A stretch of 64,000 bases of DNA, taken from assembly GCA_014728035.1 (NCBI GenBank), contig WJMJ01000018.1, positions 1 to 64,000 on the forward strand, read 5' to 3'. Below are positions 20,291-31,200 of the stretch, piece after piece. The number at the start of each line of letters is the position of its first letter. The first letter of the stretch is position 1. The notes under the pieces were generated by a model, which was not told the origin of the DNA, searched no databases, and saw nothing but the letters and a program-made list of their open reading frames with translations. Position numbers and translations under genes: made by a program. This stretch comes from Promethearchaeota archaeon. Lineage in GTDB: Archaea; Asgardarchaeota; Thorarchaeia; Thorarchaeales; Thorarchaeaceae.

Positions 20291-20513
20291 CGGTCCTTTT
20301 CTAATCTAAGGTATGTGTCGAGCATTGAATCAACACCAATAAGGTTTGAGGAATGGTATCGAGATATGGAATAGAGAATAATATCTGAAAAAGAAAACAA
20401 AGTGATAATTTATGTTCCAAAATGATAATTTTTAATGATTTCATGAATTACCGCAAGAAACTTTGCATAATTGGTGCTTAAAGGGGATTGTATGCAAGAT
20501 ACTACTGAGAAAA

Positions 20514-21005
20514 ATGTCTGATGTCACTACCAAAACACTTCCGAACAAAGAGCAGTTTACATTCATTAGAAAACTTAGAAGAGAATCAAAAGGAGTAAGA
20601 GTTAGATTCAAAGTCTTAGAACTATCAACACCAAGAGAGGTATTCTCCCGCAAATCTAATCGTATCTATCAGATAGCAAATGCAGTTCTAGCTGACGAGA
20701 CTGCAAAAATCACACTACAACTCTGGAATGATGATATTGATAAAATTAAGCCAGGTAGAACATATGTTTTGGAAAATGGATATGTTTCAGTTTATAATGA
20801 ATGTATGTTCCTTAATAGAGGATATGGTGGAGATATCACTCCAAGCACAGAAACTATTGAGACCCCATCAGAATTGAAAGACATGAGCTTACCATTTGTC
20901 GGAATAAAGGTTTCAAGAAGGGCTGCAGAATCATCTACACCAAAAACCTTTCGAGGAGATTCTGGACGCACCTCAAAGGGTTATTGTTCGTTCAAAGAGT
21001 TTTGA
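20514..21005 (+). CDS. Single OB-fold ssDNA-binding protein (archaeal SSB/RPA-like)
   Basis: LADETAKITLQLWND...IKPG...LENGYV OB-fold pattern with a flexible C-terminal tail; start moved to ATG 20514. Confidence 0.78.
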   Translation: MSDVTTKTLPNKEQFTFIRKLRRESKGVRVRFKVLELSTPREVFSRKSNRIYQIANAVLADETAKITLQLWNDDIDKIKPGRTYVLENGYVSVYNECMFLNRGYGGDITPSTETIETPSELKDMSLPFVGIKVSRRAAESSTPKTFRGDSGRTSKGYCSFKEF

Positions 21006-21006
21006 A

Positions 21007-24000
21007 TTAAGCTATCAGACTTATCACAATCGATCCTCCAAATATAACAATAGAGGCTACAAGGGCTAGTAAGACAACTAATCGAAGATATACTAACCGA
21101 GGATTCTCTTTTTCTCGTTCTCTAACAAAGAATGCAAAGAATAGCAAAGAAACAGCTAATGCCAATAGTAGACTCTGAATAAAGATTCCGAAGACAAAAG
21201 TGTACGCAAAACCGGTTAATCCAAAGAAAAAGAGAGAAAGAAACACAAACTTAGAATCTTTACCTATTACAGGGATGAGAACGACTGATGTGGCAATAAG
21301 CGAGAGATATCCTGCAGATACTGTTGAAAAAGCCGCAAATAGAGAAGCAATGTACACTGCAACTCCAAGACTGATAGCTTGTACAATCCATAGAGGGTTA
21401 CTAATTCTTCTAGGAAGATAATCAAGATAGGTAGAGATTGTATACAGACAACAAATAGCTAGCAAAGAAATTGACACTGCAAATACTTGAAGATCAATGG
21501 TTATTGCGCCAACCATTAATCGGTCTAGAAGAACGGTTCCCAAAGCAGCGGGAATTGGTGTCCAGAAGATTGATCGCCAGACAGTGCTCTTTTCAGCCTC
21601 TACAATAGCTATCAAACCAGCCATTGAGAAAGCCAATACACCCAATGCTCCGGCAAGGACAATATCACCTTGTTCAGTTAACCAGGATGCTCCGGTTATC
21701 CCAAGACCAAGTGACATGAGGAATAAACTTACGGATCCAAAAGTTGTCTTGACTTGCCGTCGAATTATCGCTATGACCAGCAACATCATTCCAAGAATAG
21801 TCATTGGCAAAGTTATGCTTGGTACAAGATACAATGCACCAGTTGGAGGCATTTGGATAAGGTCACTGAAAAATGGAAAACTCAGAATAGCTATTGTTGT
21901 TGTAAACACTGAAGAAGATAGACTCCACATGATATATCCAAAGCGATCGAAGAGATAACGTAGTGTTCCTGTGAAGTCTCGAAGAAGCTGTCCCATAATT
22001 GCTCCAAGATTCTTTACTATGTTGATGAATCGTTGAATCTGATTCGGAATAAGAGGTGACATCACAATCAGTCCTGCAAGAATCCCAGCTACAATTGAGT
22101 ACACACCATTTATTGTTGTAAAGAGATATGAACCACTTGTCACAAAGGGAATAAGACTGAAACTGACCAACCAATGTGCGCCCCGTTTCATCGAGTCTAA
22201 TTGATTCATTGAAAATATTGGGATACTAACTAGACTAGTCGCCAGAATCACTCCAGAAATGACATATGATAGAAACATACCATCTGTAAGATTCTCAGGT
22301 AGAAGTATGTATAATATGCCTTGATAGATTCCAAACGTGAAGCAAACACCACTAGGAACTCTCAGACGAATACCATTTTCACTTGACATCAATTTGTTTG
22401 CCAAGAGATAGAGAAGCCCAGTAATCAGAAATGAAGTGGATACAATTCCTACAATGGAACGTATCTCGAGACCTAAAACCAAACCAATTGGAATGGTACC
22501 ATAAGTGCTCAGAGCTACCGAAATTCCAACCAACGGTGATGTAAGACTTACCAAAAGAAGTGAATTACTTCGTAAAATATTGATTGAAAAATTCATGAAC
22601 CTAATTGTTGGGTCAATCAGAGTTGGAATTGAAAGAATATACCAAAATGCAAAAGTCCAGATGAAATAACTGATAGGGTCAAATTGAAAACCAGCAAATA
22701 GGAATATACCTGCCAATGATGAGGATAGACCAAGATTGAGAACTGATGGCATCCATGATGGTTGTACTGGGAGAAGCAGATAGTACAGACCAGTTCCGAT
22801 ACAGAGAACTGCAATACTACCAAACAATCCGGAGGTGGGATTCCACTGCAGAATCGAACTTCCAAAATATGCCAATAAAGAGGAACCAGCAAGCCCTGGT
22901 AAAATCATGAAATGAGATGCAGTACTCTTGGTATGAATTCTCAGCTTCTCTTCGTATTTCATGAATACTGGGGCTGAAAGAAGTGACATCATGACAAGAA
23001 TTACACCAGTTGTTAATGTGATATTGGTAGGTTCAACAAATAAGAGATAATTCCAATTTGTAAGATATGCAGACACAAGGATTGCAACTATCACTGCCTG
23101 GATCTCCCATATGTGACTGAAATATCTCCAATTGAGTACCTTAAGTGGCAAAGCAGAAATTGAAAGAAGAGAAATTCCAGCAGCTCCAGCAATTACGCCA
23201 TGTAATGGAAATGTCGTAATAGTTAACGTAATCCAAATTGATTCCAACCACACAATCGAAGAGATAACTAGACTCTGAACAGGCACACCAGTCTTCAGGT
23301 CTTTTCCATATGGTCTTACTTGAGTAAATAGAAATGTTGTAAGCCAAGTAGTAAGAAATATTGCGGGTGAGGAGGATGTTTCTGTCAGTATCCATAGAGA
23401 TGATACTAGAGAAGCAATAACACCTCCAAGTAATCCCCACGAAATTGAATGATAGTTATCCACAAGAGATGTATCAAATAAGACGAGTAGAATTGGAATA
23501 GCACTAACATATAGAGCAAGTCCAAATGGAAGACTCGATATATTCAGTAAGAATGTAAATATCGATAACGATGATGAGACTGTAATAGCATAGATTACTG
23601 CTACTAATAGTAACTCGTCCATTCTTTGCCAAGCTGAAACCCCTGAAATAAAGAGAAAAACGAGGACTGCCACCTGAATCGATAGTATGATGTTAATTGG
23701 ATATAGAAATAGAAGTGTTCCAATAGATAAGAGTGAAGATCTAATCCCTATGAAAGCTAAAGCGAGTTTAGATACATCAACATTTATTGAAGGAGTTACT
23801 CGAATTAATTCAGAGCTTATTATAGCGGCAAATATCACCGCAATGAGTCCATAAGCTTGTAGAACGTACCAAATTCCAATGCCAACTGTTGAGCTGAAAA
23901 CCCACCAAGTGTAGCTGGATCGTAATCTTTCTGGTATCGAAAGAATGAATGTTTCTAGACTGAAAAATCCTATTAATAATAGAATCGGGTCTAGTCCCAA

Positions 24001-27000
24001 AGGTATGAGATTCCAGAAAACAACTCCAAGAGTAAGACTAACAACTGAAGTGAAACCAACAGCCATACGTTGTTCTGCTGGAACAAAAATTGCACCCAGA
24101 AGTATGGTCTCGATAGCCAACAACAATACCTTCGATACAAAATCGATAGGAATAATGTATATTCCAAGCAGAGATACAGTAACTAACGTAGCAATGAATC
24201 CAGGCACAAACGTTTCTGTTAAATGAATCTCACTGGTACCAATAAACGAAAACAGGGAAAAGAAAGACACCCATGCAAGTATTTCAAAAATTGGGTCGGA
24301 TACATTTAGAACTGATACCAAATTGAAACTAATAGAAGCAGCAAATATGAAGTAGACAGCACTTAGGAGTGAAGAATAATCTGTTTTTCTAATATGTAAA
24401 ATTGGCAGCCAGATAAACGTGAAAATGGATAGATACAATGAACTGATTAGTATAATGTTCAATCCCATTTCAAACAGAGCTAGATAAGTAATGGATGCGA
24501 GATAGGCAGTTAATGAAAATGAAACCAGACCTAAAACTGGAACTGCATGAAGATCCATGAATCGATATACCTTCTTTAGCCCATTCAGGATAGTTGATCC
24601 TGCAGTAATAAGACCCTGCAAATAGATTTGATATGTATAAGGAATAGGAGCTAAGACTAGGACACATAGTGTGCTCAAGATATTGAATGTGAAGAGATAA
24701 GTGAGTAGTGTAGCAGAGATTACAGTTAGTGAGAAATACATTCCGCTAAGTATCTTTCTTGATATTCCAAAGAAATGATAACCACTGGTGAGAATTCCCA
24801 AAACTGAAAGGGACACAAGAACTGAATAGTTCAGTCCAAGAGTAGGAAGGAAAAAGAAGAATAATTCATTGCATACTAAAGCAAGAAGCAATGTGAATCC
24901 AGTTCCTGGAAGTGTATTCTCAACTCTGTCAGAAAATCTTCCACGACCTAATATCAGGAGGGAGATTGAACCAAGTACTGCAACTATTAGACGAGTTATC
25001 GGATTTGGAGGAATGAAAGAATTATAGATCAATCCACCCAAAGAAATTGAGAGCCCAACAATTGACACCTTAGTAAGTATAAGAGAAGATCTATCGATTT
25101 TCAATAACATTCCAAGATATAACACGAAAAAGCAGCAACTCAATAGTAACGCTGTAGAAACCAAGGATAAACCAAAATAGGGAACAACAACCCCATAACC
25201 AAATGACAAACAGAGCAAAGCTGAAAATACTGCCCAAGAAACAAATATGAATTTCAATAGAACCTGAGCTGCAACGACCGCAGCATCATAAGCAGCTCGA
25301 CCAGCTTTTGTAACTCCATTCTTAACATTTGTAGCAACTAGTTTCAGTCCATTTGAGATTACTAGACCAATTCGGATAGCTCCAAATTTTATTTTACCAC
25401 CGACATATCGGGCTCCAGAAGAAACCCACATTCCAAAGTTTGTAAGTTTCTCATGGACTACACGACCAATCCGTGAATATATTGGGTGCCCAACAGGTAC
25501 GGGTAGAATGAAAGCTGCAATCAGGATAAGAATTGGGCTGTAAGCTGGTAAGTAGGTAATTTGAATATTCCATGCAAACCAGATACCAGCAATCATTCCA
25601 GGAAGGTATGGAATTGCGGTTCGCTTTAGGGTAACTCCATTTTTTTGAATTGAACTTGATAATAACATCCAAAGCAATGCAATTGGTAGTGCTTCTCCAA
25701 GCGACATAACTTGGATACCAATCAGATACCAAAGAGTTAGCGATGAAACACTTGCAAGAAATGCAATCACACCAAGATTAAGAAGCTTGGATTGGTTTCT
25801 TAGACGCGAAATTGCAGATACACCAAGTGTTCCAATTCCTGAGAATATCCCGCCAGAAACAGAAAGCAACCCAAGAATAGAGTAATCATAAGCTGCAAGT
25901 AATGGATAGATAAGATAAACCACAATCGCAGTGAATAAAATGTTAAAGATCATCCCTGAAATCAAAATGTGACTTTTTACCCACAACTTCAGTCTCTTGA
26001 AGGCATGAGTAAACCCATCCCATATTCTTCGGAAGATGCGACGAACTCTTTTGAAGAGACCTGTAACTCCTGCGATGAATGATATTGATGAAATCAGAAG
26101 AGAGATAGATAATGGGAAGAGATAGAACTGTGTCCATAGATAGAGAGATGCTGATGTTATACTAACTACTGCAGTACCTAGAATACGAACAACAATGCCT
26201 TCTCTACTTCTTCGGAGAAAACCTCCCAGTCTCAAATATACTGGAACGGGCATTAGAATCAATAGAGAGAGTAGAATACCCAAGGGCATAAAGAGTGCAA
26301 AGAATTCAGAAACTAGTCCCCAACTTGTTGCTGAAGTGAGGGTAAGAAATACCATAGGAATTCCAATAGCAACTAATACCAATCCAAAGGCTGCAATACT
26401 TTGAGATAAATTCAGATCTATGACCCATTCAGCATTCTCCATTTTGACATGAAGAGGGTCTAGTTCAACATCGGAATCAGCGTTTAGTGGTTCATGGTTT
26501 CCTTCATCAATCACAGTCTTATTGATACTGATTGAAGGTGTAATTGTAATTCTAGAGATAATTCGTAGCTGAATTCGACGAAGTGCTCTACTAGCAAATA
26601 ACAGACCAAGACCAGTTACTACAGAGAAAAGAGAAACATGGAACGAAATATCACTGGAGATAGAGCTAGCTAAAATAGAAGATAAAAGGCCTATATCTGC
26701 AGAAAAGGTGAATGTCACTACTGATCCGATTCTTTTATCGCGTAGTATAATCTGTGTAAGAATAAGATAACCACAGAGAGAAAGGATACTCCAAAACAGA
26801 CTCTCTAATAGTGGAATCCTAGAAACCATAATGATGTATACAAATACTGGTCCACTGAAGACTATCAATGAACCAAACAATTTCTGTAGATTTCCCCAAA
26901 CCTCCTCAGAGATAACAGCATTTCTCCGTAGGTCTATTGAAACTGCTAACGTGATAATTAGGAAGATATGGATGCCCAACAAGACGGAAGCAGTTGACAA

Positions 27001-27285
27001 AAAGCTAAGAAAGAACGTATAACACAAGATGCTAGTGCTTGTAAGAATTGCAGTTGCTCCAAGATACCTATAATCTATCCGGTTGAGTAACAATCCCGCT
27101 AACATAACTCCAACTGCAAATGAAATCAATGTACGGTGATACATATCAGAAATAACAGGTCCTGTAATGTAATATGTTGCAAGCAAAACTGCACTAGGTA
27201 CGATGATTATTAGTACTATGAACCTCAATACCGCTAGTAGGAGATCAGCCAACCTAGCGGCGCGCTCTGTCCGGTGGTCTTCCAT
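21007..27285 (-). CDS. Giant polytopic membrane protein (~2090 aa) of unknown function
   Basis: Uninterrupted ORF that is hydrophobic along almost its whole length; likely start ATG 27285. Confidence 0.8.
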   Translation of the reverse strand: MEDHRTERAARLADLLLAVLRFIVLIIIVPSAVLLATYYITGPVISDMYHRTLISFAVGVMLAGLLLNRIDYRYLGATAILTSTSILCYTFFLSFLSTASVLLGIHIFLIITLAVSIDLRRNAVISEEVWGNLQKLFGSLIVFSGPVFVYIIMVSRIPLLESLFWSILSLCGYLILTQIILRDKRIGSVVTFTFSADIGLLSSILASSISSDISFHVSLFSVVTGLGLLFASRALRRIQLRIISRITITPSISINKTVIDEGNHEPLNADSDVELDPLHVKMENAEWVIDLNLSQSIAAFGLVLVAIGIPMVFLTLTSATSWGLVSEFFALFMPLGILLSLLILMPVPVYLRLGGFLRRSREGIVVRILGTAVVSITSASLYLWTQFYLFPLSISLLISSISFIAGVTGLFKRVRRIFRRIWDGFTHAFKRLKLWVKSHILISGMIFNILFTAIVVYLIYPLLAAYDYSILGLLSVSGGIFSGIGTLGVSAISRLRNQSKLLNLGVIAFLASVSSLTLWYLIGIQVMSLGEALPIALLWMLLSSSIQKNGVTLKRTAIPYLPGMIAGIWFAWNIQITYLPAYSPILILIAAFILPVPVGHPIYSRIGRVVHEKLTNFGMWVSSGARYVGGKIKFGAIRIGLVISNGLKLVATNVKNGVTKAGRAAYDAAVVAAQVLLKFIFVSWAVFSALLCLSFGYGVVVPYFGLSLVSTALLLSCCFFVLYLGMLLKIDRSSLILTKVSIVGLSISLGGLIYNSFIPPNPITRLIVAVLGSISLLILGRGRFSDRVENTLPGTGFTLLLALVCNELFFFFLPTLGLNYSVLVSLSVLGILTSGYHFFGISRKILSGMYFSLTVISATLLTYLFTFNILSTLCVLVLAPIPYTYQIYLQGLITAGSTILNGLKKVYRFMDLHAVPVLGLVSFSLTAYLASITYLALFEMGLNIILISSLYLSIFTFIWLPILHIRKTDYSSLLSAVYFIFAASISFNLVSVLNVSDPIFEILAWVSFFSLFSFIGTSEIHLTETFVPGFIATLVTVSLLGIYIIPIDFVSKVLLLAIETILLGAIFVPAEQRMAVGFTSVVSLTLGVVFWNLIPLGLDPILLLIGFFSLETFILSIPERLRSSYTWWVFSSTVGIGIWYVLQAYGLIAVIFAAIISSELIRVTPSINVDVSKLALAFIGIRSSLLSIGTLLFLYPINIILSIQVAVLVFLFISGVSAWQRMDELLLVAVIYAITVSSSLSIFTFLLNISSLPFGLALYVSAIPILLVLFDTSLVDNYHSISWGLLGGVIASLVSSLWILTETSSSPAIFLTTWLTTFLFTQVRPYGKDLKTGVPVQSLVISSIVWLESIWITLTITTFPLHGVIAGAAGISLLSISALPLKVLNWRYFSHIWEIQAVIVAILVSAYLTNWNYLLFVEPTNITLTTGVILVMMSLLSAPVFMKYEEKLRIHTKSTASHFMILPGLAGSSLLAYFGSSILQWNPTSGLFGSIAVLCIGTGLYYLLLPVQPSWMPSVLNLGLSSSLAGIFLFAGFQFDPISYFIWTFAFWYILSIPTLIDPTIRFMNFSINILRSNSLLLVSLTSPLVGISVALSTYGTIPIGLVLGLEIRSIVGIVSTSFLITGLLYLLANKLMSSENGIRLRVPSGVCFTFGIYQGILYILLPENLTDGMFLSYVISGVILATSLVSIPIFSMNQLDSMKRGAHWLVSFSLIPFVTSGSYLFTTINGVYSIVAGILAGLIVMSPLIPNQIQRFINIVKNLGAIMGQLLRDFTGTLRYLFDRFGYIMWSLSSSVFTTTIAILSFPFFSDLIQMPPTGALYLVPSITLPMTILGMMLLVIAIIRRQVKTTFGSVSLFLMSLGLGITGASWLTEQGDIVLAGALGVLAFSMAGLIAIVEAEKSTVWRSIFWTPIPAALGTVLLDRLMVGAITIDLQVFAVSISLLAICCLYTISTYLDYLPRRISNPLWIVQAISLGVAVYIASLFAAFSTVSAGYLSLIATSVVLIPVIGKDSKFVFLSLFFFGLTGFAYTFVFGIFIQSLLLALAVSLLFFAFFVREREKENPRLVYLRLVVLLALVASIVIFGGSIVISLIA

Positions 27286-27541
27286 CCTATATCCTCGCCT
27301 CTCCCATTGATCCGATGCGAAATCAATACATGCGTGCTCCTCAAGCCTCAAATCAATGAGCAAGCTAAATTTTTGCGCAGATGCTTATAATGTATTATTG
27401 ATTGCTTGGTAAGTTTTACTAGATGAAATGCGCAATTGGTAATTCCGCAAACGATTAATTGGGAATTTCATATAAATATCAACAGGACAGATTTATTTCT
27501 TTTGAAACATAAAGTGAAGTGTACGCTTAGAGGGAAAAACC

Positions 27542-28042
27542 GTGCCTGAGAAAGTACAATGCCGCTACTGTGGCAAGGAAAACACTGCCGACGAAACAAC
27601 CTGTATTCACTGTGGAGCAGGTCTCTCGGATGCATTCAAGAAAGTGTTTTGTGACCGCTGTGGAGTACCATTACCCGAGGATTTGAGTCCTTTTGGGAAA
27701 TGTGTTGAGTGCCAGAAACCTGTCTATCTGTGTGATAAACACAAGAGAAAGGTGGTTGGTGAAGAGGTGTACTGTAAAGAGCATGAATCAGAGTGTTTCA
27801 TTGCGACAGCTGTGATTGGGACTCCATTAGATCCTAGAATAGATCTCTTACGCTCTTTTCGGGACGAATGGCTCCAAAGTAATTCGCTTGGTCGTGCAGC
27901 TATCTTCACCTATTACGAGCTATCGCCTCCTATTGCTCACGCTATTCGATACAATTCAACTCTACGCAGAGTATTTCGCAAAGTCATTGTAGAACCAGCA
28001 CTATCATTTGCAAAATTGATTTTGAATAGAGAACAGGCTTAA
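27542..28042 (+). CDS. Zinc-ribbon protein with C-terminal CFI-box-CTERM-like domain
   Basis: Several CxxC and CxxH motifs, then CFIATAVIG...LRSFRD...GRAAIFTYYELSPPIA. Confidence 0.8.
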   Translation: MPEKVQCRYCGKENTADETTCIHCGAGLSDAFKKVFCDRCGVPLPEDLSPFGKCVECQKPVYLCDKHKRKVVGEEVYCKEHESECFIATAVIGTPLDPRIDLLRSFRDEWLQSNSLGRAAIFTYYELSPPIAHAIRYNSTLRRVFRKVIVEPALSFAKLILNREQA

Positions 28043-28077
28043 AGCGAAGGATAGCAAAATGCAATTGAGAGAATAAT

Positions 28078-28941
28078 ATGAGAGAGAGAAAGGAATCGAT
28101 ACCCTTCCCTTTGGTTGTTCTTACAGGGAGAATGCGTTTGAGCGGACTATCTTGGGTATTAGCTGAAAATATTACTCAACAAATCAGGCAACAAAGACCT
28201 AGTAACCTCATTCAAGCTTGTACTGAACACATCTCTTCTTTCTCTTCTGAAGCAGCAGAAAAATTCGTAGTGCTAACTCAATTCAGTAAGAGTAGCGAGA
28301 AACAAACTCCATCAATTATTTTGGCTATTGAAGGAAGCTCAGCAACAGGGAAATCGATTTTAGCTATGGGGCTGCTAAGAGCTCTTTCAGCGTCAAGAAT
28401 TGTTAGTACTGATACAATTAGGCAGGTATTGCGAGTAAAAGGATCAAGTGAAAAACATCCAGAACTCTATTGTCATACATATCAAGCACACAAACACAAA
28501 CAAACAGGAAGTAAAGATTTAGATCCCATAGTCCGAGGTTTCTTAGCTCAATGCGAACTCATCACACCTACGATTTCCAGACTTGTTGAGAGATTAGTGA
28601 ATGAGGGTACTACAGGACTTATAGAAGGGGTTCATATTGTTCCAGGAAATCTACAAAAACTAGGAGAGGGGATTATTGAAGTTCTTATCCATCCATCGCA
28701 AAAAATCCACGAAGGAATGTTCATCTCAAAAGGAAAGGATACGAAGCTAAAGACAGTTTCTAAGGAAGAGTCTATCAGAGTTGCAGAATATGAAGCAACT
28801 AGAAAGATTCAGGATTTCATGTTTCAGAGAGCTGAAATGAATAATTGCCACATAGTGGAGATGAAAGATTTTGATAAGGCAGAATCGATGATATGTGATA
28901 TTGTCTACTCAAAAGTTAAAGAAATTATGAAGAAAAAATAG
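28078..28941 (+). CDS. 2-phosphoglycerate kinase-like P-loop kinase
   Basis: GSSATGKS Walker A, STDTIRQVLR and IEGVHIVP. Confidence 0.75.
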   Translation: MRERKESIPFPLVVLTGRMRLSGLSWVLAENITQQIRQQRPSNLIQACTEHISSFSSEAAEKFVVLTQFSKSSEKQTPSIILAIEGSSATGKSILAMGLLRALSASRIVSTDTIRQVLRVKGSSEKHPELYCHTYQAHKHKQTGSKDLDPIVRGFLAQCELITPTISRLVERLVNEGTTGLIEGVHIVPGNLQKLGEGIIEVLIHPSQKIHEGMFISKGKDTKLKTVSKEESIRVAEYEATRKIQDFMFQRAEMNNCHIVEMKDFDKAESMICDIVYSKVKEIMKKK

Positions 28942-28984
28942 TACGATTGGGCAATCTTATCAAGGATTTCTCATCCACAGAGAG

Positions 28985-30394
28985 ATGAGGCCCAGTATCT
29001 TGAGTTGGAAAAACGAGTCGCTAGATAAACTGTTCAATGCTGAATCAATTGCAGTGATAGGAGCTTCAGATAAATCTGAGAAACTAGGGGCGCTAACGCT
29101 GAAATGCCTTGAAGAATTCAAGGGGAGAGTATTTCCTGTCAATCCAAGACTAGACAAAATTGGAGAATTGAAATGTTATCCTAGCATTACCGAGGTTAAT
29201 GATCAAGTGGACATGGCGATTATCTGTTTGGGTGCTCACCACATTATCAGAACCCTTGAGCAGTGTATTGATGCAGGTGTTCGAAGTGCAATCATCTTTT
29301 CAGCTGGATTCAAAGAACTTGGACCGGAAGGAGAAAAATTACAGGAGAAGGTTAAAGAAACAGCAGATAGAGGAAAGATTGCTGTCATTGGACCCAATTG
29401 TCTTGGAGCTGGAAATGTCCGAGCTGATTTAAACGCTACATTCTTTCCCCATCCAGTTCCCCCTCGAAAAGGAAAGGTTTCATTTGTAAGCCAGAGTGGT
29501 GGTGTAGTAAGTCTTCTACTATACCGTTCTGCAGACTCAAATCTTGGATTATCGAAATTTGCAAGTGTTGGAAATCGAGTCAATATAGATTTTCATGATC
29601 TTATTAGATATTATCGGGATGACCCTGAAACTGATGTGATTGGTCTATTCATTGAAGGAACTGGTCACGCACGAGAGATGGCGGAGGAGATTGCCAAAAC
29701 GACACCGGACAAGCCAGTTGTTGTGTTCAAAGTTGGAAAGACACCAACCTCCAAACAAGCTGCTCTAAGTCACACTGGAAGTCTTGCTGGTAATGCTGAT
29801 TTGTATTCTGCTGCAATCAAACAAGCAGGTGGCCTCGAGGTTGAGAGTATTCAGGAGATGATTGATGCTGCTAGTGTTTTGTCAATATGTAAAGCGAGAC
29901 CTAAAGGAAAACGAGTTGCGGTCATCACACACAGTCTAGGAATAGCTCTCATAGCAGCTCAAACACTAGAATTGCATGGTGCTGAACTACCAATGCCCGA
30001 TAATGAAACTGTTGAGGTTGTTCAAGGTTTGTTAGATATGCCGGTGGAAATTCCAGTTAAGAATCCAATCGACCTTCTCGCAAAAGGCTGGGCTGAACCA
30101 CGTGTGTTTGCTGAAGCATTCAAACATGTAGTGCAATCGGATACGTATGATGCAGTTCTAACGGTATTCTCACCTAATTATCAGGAAGGAATTGGAGGAG
30201 GAATGCCTGTGGATGAAGTTGTATCAGCTGCAAAGAAAGCAGACAAGCCTGTGGTTAGTGTTCTAAACTCTCCAGCGGATAGAAAACCTCCAGGCAGAGA
30301 AGAATTGGAGGATGGGGGTATACCATTCTTCGCTAGTCCACAGAGAGCTGGGCGTGCATTAGCGACGGTACTCAGACTAGCCAGTAAGAAATAG
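28985..30394 (+). CDS. acdA: ADP-forming acyl-CoA synthetase alpha subunit
   Basis: IAVIGAS, PVNP, GPNCLG, SQSGG, phospho-His SHTGSLAG and NPIDL. Confidence 0.9.
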   Translation: MRPSILSWKNESLDKLFNAESIAVIGASDKSEKLGALTLKCLEEFKGRVFPVNPRLDKIGELKCYPSITEVNDQVDMAIICLGAHHIIRTLEQCIDAGVRSAIIFSAGFKELGPEGEKLQEKVKETADRGKIAVIGPNCLGAGNVRADLNATFFPHPVPPRKGKVSFVSQSGGVVSLLLYRSADSNLGLSKFASVGNRVNIDFHDLIRYYRDDPETDVIGLFIEGTGHAREMAEEIAKTTPDKPVVVFKVGKTPTSKQAALSHTGSLAGNADLYSAAIKQAGGLEVESIQEMIDAASVLSICKARPKGKRVAVITHSLGIALIAAQTLELHGAELPMPDNETVEVVQGLLDMPVEIPVKNPIDLLAKGWAEPRVFAEAFKHVVQSDTYDAVLTVFSPNYQEGIGGGMPVDEVVSAAKKADKPVVSVLNSPADRKPPGREELEDGGIPFFASPQRAGRALATVLRLASKK

Positions 30395-30438
30395 AATTGC
30401 TTAGTGAAATCCATATAACAAAGTGTCCATATGATGGA

Positions 30439-31107
30439 ATGTTCAAGATGTTTGATTCAGAAGAATGTGAACTTGGATGCGATGACCAACCAAACACCAG
30501 TATCATCGATAGAATTGAGAATGAATTGGAACTAACACATAGATTTGAGATTGTGCGTAGACATTTGGCCATGGATGTATTTGACGGAGTTCTCCCAATT
30601 TTGGGGATTATAATGGCGGGAATAATTGCAGCACATTCTCAAGAAAGTTTTCTAGTTTTTGAAACTACAATTCTTGCCTCAGTTGGTGCTAGTATAGCTC
30701 ATTTTTTCTCAGGTTTTAGTTCATCTTATCTAACTGAAACTGCAGAAGGTAAAGTTCTCATTGAAGAATTGGAAAAGGAACAAAAAACACTGTCGCATGA
30801 TAAAATTGTTGCAATTGAACATGAAACAACACTACTGATATCATTGATGAATGGATTAATACCTTCTCTTAGTGTGTTATTGACAATAATACCAATGATA
30901 TTGACGGTTATTGGAATATTTCCTCACCTTTACTTGGAATCAATGTATGCATCAGTAATCGTAGGATTTGTTCTTCTATTATTAGTTGGAATATATCTTG
31001 GAATGGTTGCACATGATAACATAGTTAAGTATGCAGTAAAGACATTAGGAGCTGGCGGAATTACTATATTTTTATTGATGATAGTTTCAATTATAACAGG
31101 CGCATAG
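30439..31107 (+). CDS. VIT1/CCC1-like membrane protein
   Basis: FDGVL..LG and SSYLTETAE motifs with about 5 TM helices; start uncertain (30397-30448). Confidence 0.65.
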   Translation: MFKMFDSEECELGCDDQPNTSIIDRIENELELTHRFEIVRRHLAMDVFDGVLPILGIIMAGIIAAHSQESFLVFETTILASVGASIAHFFSGFSSSYLTETAEGKVLIEELEKEQKTLSHDKIVAIEHETTLLISLMNGLIPSLSVLLTIIPMILTVIGIFPHLYLESMYASVIVGFVLLLLVGIYLGMVAHDNIVKYAVKTLGAGGITIFLLMIVSIITGA

Positions 31108-31200
31108 AATTTCTAGCAACACCTAATTTGAGAATAGAGTATAAATCGATCTTGCTAATTAAGGTATTACAGTGTTATCATAATCTATTCGAGGATATAG

